DNA of 64,000 nt from NCBI GenBank assembly GCA_965216835.1, contig OZ244210.1, positions 237,907 to 301,906 on the forward strand, in the 5' to 3' direction. The notes beneath the pieces were generated by a model. That model was given only the letters and a program-made list of their open reading frames with translations. It was not told the origin of the DNA and did not search any database. The DNA is from a bacterium (GTDB lineage Bacteria; ARS69). This document shows positions 26,440 to 34,272 of the stretch, piece by piece. Position 1 is the first letter of the stretch, and each line of letters opens with the position of its first letter. A program made the translations under genes and the position numbers.

Positions 26440-27924
26440 ATGCAGCCCGTCGCGCTGACCGCAAGTTCCGCAAACGATCACAGGTTGCCTCCCGGAGAGA
26501 ACCGGCACGTGACACAGAGACCGAAGCGCGCGTCTTTGGACCCTGACGTCGAGGAGATGCGCCGCGTCGGCTACGCGGCCGTCGACCGCATCGTGAAGCA
26601 TCTCGGGACGCTGGAGGAGCAGCCGGTCGCGAGACGCGGCACCGCGGCCGAGTTCGCGGCGCTTGTCGACGAGCCGCTGCCCGAGACCGGTCGCAGCCTG
26701 GACGACGGCCTCCGCTTCCTGTTCGACCGGGCGATCCCGCCGATGACGCGCGTGAACCATCCGCGCTTCCACGCCTACATCCCGTGCCCGTCCAGCTTTC
26801 CCGGCGTGGTGGGAGAGATCGTGGCGGCGGGAACGAACCCGTTCCTGGGAAGCTGGCTGGGCGGCGCGGCGCTGGGGTCGATGGAACTCACCGTGCTGCG
26901 GTGGATCGCGGAGCTCGTCGGCTACCCGAACGATGCGGCCGGACTGCTGACCAGCGGCGGCTCGCTGGCGAACCTGTCGGCGCTGGCGTCGGCGCGTGCG
27001 CGATTCGGCGAGGAGACGATGCAGCGCGGCGTGATCTACGTCTCCCGCGAGGGTCACGCGTCCATGGACAAGGCGGCCGTCGTACTCGGCTTTCCTCCGG
27101 ACGCGATCCGCGCGATCGACGTGGACGATCGGATGCGGCTGCGGATCGATACGCTGCGGGAGGCCGTGTCCGCCGATCGTGCGGCGGGGCGGCTTCCGTT
27201 CTTCGTCTCGGCCAACGCCGGCACGACCAACACCGGAGCCGTCGATCCGCTGGAGGACGTCGCGGGTTTCTGCGCGGCGGCGGATCTCTGGATGCACGTC
27301 GACGGAGCGTACGGCGGCCTCGCCGCGCTGGACCCCGACGCGAAGCGTCTCCTGGCCGGAATGGAGCGCGCCGATTCCCTCACGCTCGATCCGCACAAGT
27401 GGCTCTACGCCCCGATGGGCTGCGGCTGCGTGCTCGTGCGGCGCGCGGAGTTCCTGGAGCGCGCCTTCACCGCCCACGGCGACTACCTGCGCGACCTGCC
27501 CGGCGACGAGGTGAACTTCCTGAACCGCGGCGTGGAGCTGTCGCGGCCGGCGCGCGTGATTCCCGTGTGGATGGTGATCCGCTCCGCGGGACGCGCGGGA
27601 CTGGCGGCGCAGGTGACGGAGGATCTTCGCCTGGCGCGTCTGGCGGCGGATCTCCTCGCGGAGGACGATCGCTTCGAGCTGGTCGATCGGCCGCAGCTCT
27701 CGGTCGTGGCGTTCCGGCACCGCGCGCGCCCCGGTGAGTCCGAGGAAGATCGGGCGGCCCGCGATCAGGCGCTCATGGAGGCCACGCTGGCGGACGGCGC
27801 GCTGATGCTCTCCACCACGATCACCGGCGGCCGGACCGTTCTGCGCATGGTGGTCATGAACCATCGCACGTCGGAGGAGCACGTGCGCTTCAGCGTCGCG
27901 AGGATCCGGGAGCTGGCGGAGTGA
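26440..27924 (+). CDS. Pyridoxal-phosphate-dependent group II amino-acid decarboxylase
   Basis: 'SGGSLANLSALASAR', 'HVDGAYGG' and 'SLTLDPHKWLYAPMGCGCVLVR' (PLP-lysine motif) are present. The start may instead be the GTG near 26509. Confidence 0.85.
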   Translation: MQPVALTASSANDHRLPPGENRHVTQRPKRASLDPDVEEMRRVGYAAVDRIVKHLGTLEEQPVARRGTAAEFAALVDEPLPETGRSLDDGLRFLFDRAIPPMTRVNHPRFHAYIPCPSSFPGVVGEIVAAGTNPFLGSWLGGAALGSMELTVLRWIAELVGYPNDAAGLLTSGGSLANLSALASARARFGEETMQRGVIYVSREGHASMDKAAVVLGFPPDAIRAIDVDDRMRLRIDTLREAVSADRAAGRLPFFVSANAGTTNTGAVDPLEDVAGFCAAADLWMHVDGAYGGLAALDPDAKRLLAGMERADSLTLDPHKWLYAPMGCGCVLVRRAEFLERAFTAHGDYLRDLPGDEVNFLNRGVELSRPARVIPVWMVIRSAGRAGLAAQVTEDLRLARLAADLLAEDDRFELVDRPQLSVVAFRHRARPGESEEDRAARDQALMEATLADGALMLSTTITGGRTVLRMVVMNHRTSEEHVRFSVARIRELAE

Positions 27925-28448
27925 ATCGACGACTCGTCGGTTCGTTCGCGGCGGCATCGGCCGCGGTGCTGTGGCTGCCCGCCTGCTCGGACCTGGCCTC
28001 CGAGCGCGACGTCCGCATGACGCTCGTGGACTCCGACGGCCTCCCGGTCCCCGGCGCCCTGTTCTACGCCGAGGTCCGGGAGCCGGGCGGGGAACCCTTC
28101 GCCTTCTTCGCCTACCGGGCGGGGCCGTCCGGAGCGGTGCCCGACCAGGCCCGCGAGGCGGCCAAGATCGGGTGGCGTCCCGGTGCCGAGGTGGCGATGG
28201 CCGCCTTCGCGCCGGATCGTCGGCCGTCGGTCGCCCTGCCCGGCGCCGATCCCCCGGTCCCCCTGGAGGGCGGGGTGCTGGTACTGGATCCCGGGCCGGA
28301 AAATCACCCGGATCTGGTTGAGCTGAGAGGACTCCAGGGCTCGCCGCCCGCGGCGGCGGCGCATCTCCCTCGGGACCTCCTGGAGGCCCTCATGGCCCGT
28401 CTGGAGCCCTCCCGCGGCTCCGGCGAGTCGGGAGGCCGGACCCCCTGA
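27921..28448 (+). CDS. Hypothetical lipoprotein
   Basis: The GTG at 27921 overlaps the decarboxylase stop (GTGA). The signal/lipobox is 'AAVLWLPAC'. No motif was recognised. Confidence 0.5.
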   Translation: MNRRLVGSFAAASAAVLWLPACSDLASERDVRMTLVDSDGLPVPGALFYAEVREPGGEPFAFFAYRAGPSGAVPDQAREAAKIGWRPGAEVAMAAFAPDRRPSVALPGADPPVPLEGGVLVLDPGPENHPDLVELRGLQGSPPAAAAHLPRDLLEALMARLEPSRGSGESGGRTP

Positions 28449-28614
28449 CCTGGCCTCCGCCCGAGTTCCACCGAACGGGCCGCCCCGGGCGGTTCACCCC
28501 GGCCCCCGGCCGGATCAAACCCCCCGTGAATTTTCTCAGCCCCCTGGACGATCCGGCCGATGTTGAACAGAGTGGGGCCGACGCTGACCTGAGACCCCGG
28601 GAGTAGGACCCGCC

Positions 28615-28899
28615 ATGAAGAACATCCTCGCCATCTCCTTCGCCCTGACCCTCCTGGGAGTCGCGCCGGTCGCGGCCTCCGAGACCACCGCTCCGGATCG
28701 CGCGCCTCGCGCCGAGTCGTCCCGCGTCGTCGGGCCGCTCACGCAGCAGGCGATCTTCGAGATCCTGTGCGGCGGAATGGAAGCGCAGGAGGGTGCGCTG
28801 GCCCGGCACCTGTGGGACGTCGCCGGCAGCCTCGCGGATCGCGGCTGGACGCCGCCCAAGGTGACCGTGCGCGTGGTGGCCGCCGCCACCGACGGCTAA
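28615..28899 (+). CDS. Small secreted hypothetical protein (94 aa)
   Basis: The signal peptide is 'MKNILAISFALTLLGVAPVAAS'. A GGAG lies ~14 nt upstream of the ATG. No motif was recognised. Confidence 0.45.
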   Translation: MKNILAISFALTLLGVAPVAASETTAPDRAPRAESSRVVGPLTQQAIFEILCGGMEAQEGALARHLWDVAGSLADRGWTPPKVTVRVVAAATDG

Positions 28900-29396
28900 C
28901 GCGGCCGCGGCGGAGGCCGGAGAAGCCGGCGCCCCTCGATCTCGAGCGTTCCGTTCACGAGAGCCGTCCGCAAGCCCTCCGCGATTGCCGTCGGAAACTC
29001 CTCTCCCCTCCAGTCCGGGAGGGAGAGGATGATCCCGTCGATTCCGCTCTCCCCCCGAGCCCCGTGAATCAGTCCGGTCACGTCACAGATGACCGCCTCA
29101 TCGCGGGGGCGAAGCGTCGTCCGGCTCATCACCTGCGCCAGCGGCGCCGCGGCCCGGGCCGCTCGAACCCAGACATCGAGGGGTTCCTGCAGAACGGTCG
29201 TCACGCTACCGAGCAGGAAAGCCTGTGAGATCGCGTAGTTCCCGAGGTCCGGGAGACTCACGCTCAACAGGACGCGGGCCTCTCCCGCGCGGGTGTCCAC
29301 CAGGCGGGCGCCGGTCAGGGGCAGACTCAGTCTCTCCCCGAAGGCGGCGCCGGTGGTCAGTAGAAGGAGCGCTGCCGCGACGGTTGCCCTTCTCAT
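28896..29396 (-). CDS. Secreted hypothetical protein
   Basis: The signal peptide is 'MRRATVAAALLLLTTGAAFG'. The start lies 3 nt downstream of the beta-helix gene stop, so the two are probably co-transcribed. Confidence 0.5.
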   Translation of the reverse strand: MRRATVAAALLLLTTGAAFGERLSLPLTGARLVDTRAGEARVLLSVSLPDLGNYAISQAFLLGSVTTVLQEPLDVWVRAARAAAPLAQVMSRTTLRPRDEAVICDVTGLIHGARGESGIDGIILSLPDWRGEEFPTAIAEGLRTALVNGTLEIEGRRLLRPPPRPR

Positions 29397-29399
29397 GAT

Positions 29400-30686
29400 C
29401 TACTCCTTCGTCCGGAAACGAGACTTGATGTTCGCCCAGGAACTGTCCTCGACGGACACGGTTCCGCAGCCGACGCCGTAGGCACCGATCCGGCCGCAGG
29501 ACGGAGCGTTCTCCTCGGCGCAGGGAGACGTGGAGCGGAGCGTGTAGTCATCGTTGGGGACGTCGCAGAACTGGGGGTCGACGAAGAGGTCGTTCGGTCC
29601 CGGCGTGTAGCTGGAGTGGGCGTCCCCCGAGTTGGCCCAGAAGACGTTGCAGTCGCCCGCTCGAATCTCTCTCGTCGCATGGTAAGCGGTGCCGCCGGAG
29701 CCGAGCGCGAAGATGTTGCGGGTCGCCAAGACGCCGCCTCCGAGCACGCGGTCCAGAACAGCCGTGCCGATGGGCGCCTCGTTTCCGACGAACGTGTTGC
29801 CGGAGTATTCGCCCGGGTCGAGGATCATCAGGCCGCCGCCGCCCGTCGTTGCGCGGTTTCGCAGGAACAGGTTGCCATCGACCACAGCCGGCTCCGAGTT
29901 GGCACTGATGACGAGTCCGGCTCCCAACTCGGCGGTGTTCTCGATGAATCGGCTGTTCGTGACCACGGCCGGATCCACGCCAACGACCGCCAGCCCGCCC
30001 GCTTGGATTCCGAAGTTGTTCCGGAAGACGCATCCCGTCACCAGGATATCCCCGCCCCCCCGCGCGAGCATCGCGGTAGGGCCGCACTCCTCGAAGATCG
30101 AGTCGCGGACGACCGTCCGGCTGTCGCCCGTACCGTTCGCCTTCATGGCGCCTGCCTCCAGGGCGGCCGTACAGCGAACGAACTCGCAGCCGATCACTTC
30201 CAGCGAGCCGCCGTTCTGGGCAAGCCCCGCGGCCGCGTTCGACGATGTTTCGACGTCCACCACGCGGCAGTCCACCACGCTCATGTTCCAGCAGTTCACG
30301 AAGGCCATCCCCCGTGCGTTGGCCACGGTTGTTCGCATCTCGAACCCCTCGACACGTGCCCCGCCCGTTCCGATGCCGTCGCCCCCGACGACCCGCAGGC
30401 CGGAAGACGGACCTCCCTCCACGAGTTCCAGCAGGGTCACGTCCGGGCCGCCCTCCGACAGAAGCGTCAATCCCTCGAAGATGTCCGCAACGCGAGCAGT
30501 ACAAGGACCGTCGTCGCAGTTCGTATAGACTCCTGGAGCCACGAGCACTGTGTCGCCCGCGACCGCCGACCCGATCGCGCTTGCGATCGACGGATACGCG
30601 TCAGGGACCCTCAACGTAGCTGCATCGGCTTGATCCCCAACGGCGAGAAGCCCCGCAAGTCCCCAAATGAGACGTGTCCACTTCAT
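29400..30686 (-). CDS. Secreted right-handed parallel beta-helix repeat protein (pectate-lyase-fold)
   Basis: The start is 'MKWTRLIWGLAGLLAVGDQADA' at 30686. 'GDTVLVAPGVYT' is followed by repeated ~22-aa G/N/V-rich turns ('NCWNMSVVDCRV', 'VTGCVFRNNFG', 'VTNSRFIENTA', 'VDGNLFLRNRA'). The C-terminal tail is 'VSVEDSSWANIKSRFRTKE'. Confidence 0.7.
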   Translation of the reverse strand: MKWTRLIWGLAGLLAVGDQADAATLRVPDAYPSIASAIGSAVAGDTVLVAPGVYTNCDDGPCTARVADIFEGLTLLSEGGPDVTLLELVEGGPSSGLRVVGGDGIGTGGARVEGFEMRTTVANARGMAFVNCWNMSVVDCRVVDVETSSNAAAGLAQNGGSLEVIGCEFVRCTAALEAGAMKANGTGDSRTVVRDSIFEECGPTAMLARGGGDILVTGCVFRNNFGIQAGGLAVVGVDPAVVTNSRFIENTAELGAGLVISANSEPAVVDGNLFLRNRATTGGGGLMILDPGEYSGNTFVGNEAPIGTAVLDRVLGGGVLATRNIFALGSGGTAYHATREIRAGDCNVFWANSGDAHSSYTPGPNDLFVDPQFCDVPNDDYTLRSTSPCAEENAPSCGRIGAYGVGCGTVSVEDSSWANIKSRFRTKE

Positions 30687-30883
30687 CGGGAAAGCCTCAC
30701 GATCTTCGTGGTGAAGGACTGATCTCCCGCCCGGAACCGTACGAAATAGATAGCAATCGCCATCACCTGCTTCAATCCGCTCGACTGACGGCCTCCGCGG
30801 ATGTTGTTGACGGGTGGCCCAAGGGAGGCCCTGCCTTTCCACGGCATCGCACCCGTGCTACCGTCCGCCTCCGGGAGGACGGA

Positions 30884-32017
30884 ATGGCCAAGCTGGAAGC
30901 CGGTCGGCAACCCACGACGTACTGGAACTACCTGAACCTGGAGGAGCTGCTCTCGCTGCAGGGCGGAGTCTCCGGGGACGAGAAGGACCTCACGCCGGAC
31001 GAGGTCGTCTTCATCGTCGTGCACCAGGTCTACGAGCTCTGGATGAAGCTCATGCTCCGCGACCTGGAGGCCGCCCGCGACCTCTTCGCCCAGGATCCCG
31101 TCCCGGACGACGCCATGGGCGAGGCCTCCCGCAAGCTGGCCCGCGTGCGCACGCTGCTGGAGCTGGCGGCGGAGCACTTCCGCGTGGTCGAGACGATCAC
31201 CCCGCGCGACTTCCTCAACTTCCGTGACAACCTCTTCCCGGCCAGCGGCGGACAGTCGATGCAGTTCCGCGAGCTGGAGATCCTGCTGGGGCTGGAGGAG
31301 GAGGAACGGATCCCGTACGTCGGGCAGGGCAGCTACCGTGACGTCCTCCGCGAGCCGGACGGTTCGGAGAGCTGGGTGCTGAAGCGCGTGAACGCGCGCT
31401 TGGCCGATCGGCCGAACCTGCGCGAGGCCATCGACGAGTGGCTCTTCCGCACGCCCATCGACGGTTCTCGTCCGGACGCGGCTGACGACGAGCGCGTGGT
31501 CACGCAGTTCGTCGAGGACTATCTGGAGGCGCACGGCCGGGCCATCGCCGACCTGATGACGCACATCCGCGGCTTCGTGCAGACGGACGCGGAGGCGTCG
31601 CAGCTCCAGCGTCGCTACGAGAAGGAGCGGGAGGCGGCGGCCGCGTTCCTCCGCGCCGAGGACGAACCGGGAGCCACCCGACCGCGCCGCCGCCGAATCC
31701 GCGCCGCCGCACTCTTCCTCGAGGTGTACCGCGAGCTCCCGCTGCTGGCGTGGCCGCGCGAGATCGTCGATGGACTGGTCTCGGTGGAGCAGGCCTACGT
31801 GATCTTCCGCCAGCGGCACGCGCGGATGGTGGAGCGGATCATCGGCCGGCGCGTGGGCACCGGCGGCTCGCGGGGCGTGGACTTCCTGGACGAGGGCGCG
31901 CAGAAGTACCGCGTGTTCAAGGACCTCTGGGCCGCGCGCACGCTGCTCGTCCGCCGGGACCTCCTGCGGGGCCCGCACCGCGCGGACCTCTACGGTTTCC
32001 AGTTCGACGGGAAGTGA
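30884..32017 (+). CDS. kynA: Tryptophan 2,3-dioxygenase (long form)
   Basis: 'TYWNYLNLEELLSLQ', 'DEVVFIVVHQVYELWMKLML', 'TPRDFLNFRDNLFPASGGQSMQFRELE' and 'GTGGSRGVDFL' are present. A GGGAGGA Shine-Dalgarno sequence precedes the ATG at 30884. Confidence 0.85.
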   Translation: MAKLEAGRQPTTYWNYLNLEELLSLQGGVSGDEKDLTPDEVVFIVVHQVYELWMKLMLRDLEAARDLFAQDPVPDDAMGEASRKLARVRTLLELAAEHFRVVETITPRDFLNFRDNLFPASGGQSMQFRELEILLGLEEEERIPYVGQGSYRDVLREPDGSESWVLKRVNARLADRPNLREAIDEWLFRTPIDGSRPDAADDERVVTQFVEDYLEAHGRAIADLMTHIRGFVQTDAEASQLQRRYEKEREAAAAFLRAEDEPGATRPRRRRIRAAALFLEVYRELPLLAWPREIVDGLVSVEQAYVIFRQRHARMVERIIGRRVGTGGSRGVDFLDEGAQKYRVFKDLWAARTLLVRRDLLRGPHRADLYGFQFDGK

Positions 32018-34263
32018 CCGTCCGCCGCGCCGTCACGGCGATGGTCCTGCTGCTGGTGGCGGGGCTCGCCTGGATCGCCCGCGACGCCGCCGACCAGCGG
32101 CATGAGCTGCCGGACGGCGGCTGGGGCACGTTGGACGCCGACACCTTCTACCACCTGCGCCGCGCCGATCGTGCGCTGACCGAGGGTCTGCCGCCGGCGG
32201 GCACGGACTCCTACCTGAATCATCCCGAAGGTTCGGCGATTCCCTGGCCGCCGTACTACGCGATCGTCGGCTGGGCGGCGGCGACCCCGGGCGCGCCGGA
32301 CGATCCGGAGGCGCGTCGCGCGCACGTGGAGCGACGCGTCGCCTCCCTGCCGATGGCGATCGGCGTTGGCACGAGCGTGCTGGCCGGCGTGGCGGGCGCC
32401 GCGCTCGCGGGACCCGTCGGCGCGATCCTGGCCGGCGGCAATCACGCGCTCTGCTTCGGATCGCTGGTCTACACGCGCGCGGGCAACGGCGACCACCACG
32501 CCTGGGTCACGATGCTCCACCTGCTGATGCTGATGCTCCTGAGCGCGGGCCTCGCGCGCGGCGCGGCGGATCGTCGTCGGCCGGCGATGGTCTGGGGCGC
32601 GGCGGCCGGCGCCGTGGCCGGTCTGGCCGTCGGCTCGTGGGTGGGCTTCGTGCTGCACGTCCTGCCGGTGCAGCTGATGTTCGGGGCGATGATCCTGGCG
32701 AGCGGCCGGCGCGATCGGCCGGGAACGGCCGCTTTCGGGGCGGCGTTCCACGTCGCGGCGCTCCTCGTGGTCCTGCCGGCCGCCGCGGTGAGCCCGTGGA
32801 ACGCGGTCCAGCCCGGTTCCGTGGTGAACCTGTCGTGGTTCCATCCCGTCTGGCTCGCGGCGGGCGCCCTCGTCTTCGCCCCGATGTTCTTCCTGCGCGG
32901 CGGTACGGTCGCGGCCCGCCTGCACCCGTTCGCGGTGCTGCTGGGCCTCGGCGCGATCGGCCTCTTCCTGGCCGCCTCCGGCAGCGGTGTCGCCGTCGCG
33001 ATGCGCGAGGCCTTCCAGTGGCTCGGCCGCGAGGACGAGTTCATGGGCTCGGTGTGGGAGTCGCGCGGCGTCGGGCTGCACGAGGCGGGCATCCTGCTGG
33101 GGCGCGCCTACTACTTGCTGCCGCTCGTCGTGGCGGGGGCGGCGTTCGCGGTCGTGCGGCGCGGGCGTTGGGAGCTGCTGCCGTGGACGTTCGCGGTGCC
33201 CGTGCTGGCGGTGGAGGCGGCGCGCCAGTACCGCTTCAACGAGACGCTCACCGCGTCGTGGTCCGTGCTGCTGGCGTGGGGCGTCGTGGCCGCGTTCCGG
33301 TCGGACGCGGTGCGCTCGCGCCTCCGCTTCGTGCCGGCGGGCGCCACGCTCCCGGCGGCGTTGATCGCGTGCCTCGTCTTCCTGGGACTCACGCACCGGC
33401 AGAGCGTGCGCGAGACGATGGAAGGGCTGCGGCAGGACGTTCCCGTGGGCGATGCTCTTTCGCGCGAGATGCGCGACCTGTGCGAGTGGCTGCGGCTCCG
33501 CGCCCCGGGCGACGAGGCCGTGCTCGCCGACTGGAACTTCGGGCACCTGGTGGAGTGGGTGGCCGATCGTCCGACGGTGGGCACGAACTTCGGGATCTAC
33601 GTGGGCGAGGACAGCTTCCGCGACGGCGCGCGATTCTTCCTGGAGACGGATCCGGCCGCCGCGATGGATCTCCTGCGGCGCCGCGACGTCCGCTTCGTGC
33701 TCCAGACGGGCTGGCAGCCGAGGTTCCTGGAGCAGATGGTGCGCGCGGCGAGGCCGTCGTCCCCGGAGAGATTCCTGGTCCGTTCGGGCGAGGGCTCCCA
33801 GGTGGGACCCGCGTGGTTCGAGACGATGAGCGCGCGCCTCCTCTTTAACGGATCGGTCGTCTCGCCGGCCGGCGACGTGGGGCCGCCGCTCTCCACGCTG
33901 CGCCTCGTGCACGTCTCGCCGTCGCCCTTCCCGGAGCCGATGTTCAACGAGGTGCGCCCCGCGGGATGGATCTGGGAACGCGTGCCCGGGGCCGCGCTCA
34001 CCGTGGCCGGCGTTCCCGGCGACACGCTCCAGGTGGAGATCCCGGTCCGCTACGAACCCGCCGACTTCGAGCTGACTTGGTGGGCGGAAGCGACCGCCGG
34101 CGACGATGGCACCGCGACGGTCCGCATTCCCTACGCCACGGACACCCCGAACGGCGACGGCCGCGCGACCGGTCCGGCACGGGTGAGGATGGGGTCCCGC
34201 CGGGGTGAGGTGGCGATCCCGGAGGCGGCGGTCCGCGGCGGCGGGGCGCTGCGTCTCGACTGA
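32014..34263 (+). CDS. STT3/AglB-like GT-C membrane glycosyltransferase with divergent WWDYG motif
   Basis: The GTG at 32014 overlaps the kynA stop (GTGA). 'LDADTFYHLRRA' (32134-32154) resembles the first STT3 D-x-D loop motif, and 'GNGDHHAW' the second. More than 10 hydrophobic helices are present. 'LADWNFGHLVEWVADRPTV' (33529-33543 encodes DWNFG) aligns by eye to the 'SWWDYGHWI...ERP.V' block. Confidence 0.6.
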   Translation: MTVRRAVTAMVLLLVAGLAWIARDAADQRHELPDGGWGTLDADTFYHLRRADRALTEGLPPAGTDSYLNHPEGSAIPWPPYYAIVGWAAATPGAPDDPEARRAHVERRVASLPMAIGVGTSVLAGVAGAALAGPVGAILAGGNHALCFGSLVYTRAGNGDHHAWVTMLHLLMLMLLSAGLARGAADRRRPAMVWGAAAGAVAGLAVGSWVGFVLHVLPVQLMFGAMILASGRRDRPGTAAFGAAFHVAALLVVLPAAAVSPWNAVQPGSVVNLSWFHPVWLAAGALVFAPMFFLRGGTVAARLHPFAVLLGLGAIGLFLAASGSGVAVAMREAFQWLGREDEFMGSVWESRGVGLHEAGILLGRAYYLLPLVVAGAAFAVVRRGRWELLPWTFAVPVLAVEAARQYRFNETLTASWSVLLAWGVVAAFRSDAVRSRLRFVPAGATLPAALIACLVFLGLTHRQSVRETMEGLRQDVPVGDALSREMRDLCEWLRLRAPGDEAVLADWNFGHLVEWVADRPTVGTNFGIYVGEDSFRDGARFFLETDPAAAMDLLRRRDVRFVLQTGWQPRFLEQMVRAARPSSPERFLVRSGEGSQVGPAWFETMSARLLFNGSVVSPAGDVGPPLSTLRLVHVSPSPFPEPMFNEVRPAGWIWERVPGAALTVAGVPGDTLQVEIPVRYEPADFELTWWAEATAGDDGTATVRIPYATDTPNGDGRATGPARVRMGSRRGEVAIPEAAVRGGGALRLD

Positions 34264-34272
34264 GCGGAGTCG

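Noticed and set aside
18241-27924. A Thoeris-like or CBASS-like multi-gene system around the TIR genes. I looked for a ThsA SIR2/SLOG, a cyclase, STING, a nuclease or a transmembrane effector, and considered the PLP decarboxylase and the M14 peptidase as partners.
   Set aside because: No such partner domain is visible. The neighbouring genes have host-like GC and ordinary housekeeping motifs, so I treat each TIR gene as a solitary insertion.
28466-28500. An imperfect GC hairpin (GAAC-GGG-CCGCC-CCG-GGCGG-TTC) after the lipoprotein gene at 27921..28448, considered as a terminator.
   Set aside because: It has only a 5-bp core stem with a 3-nt loop, a bulge, and no T-tract. Such near-palindromes are expected by chance at this GC content.
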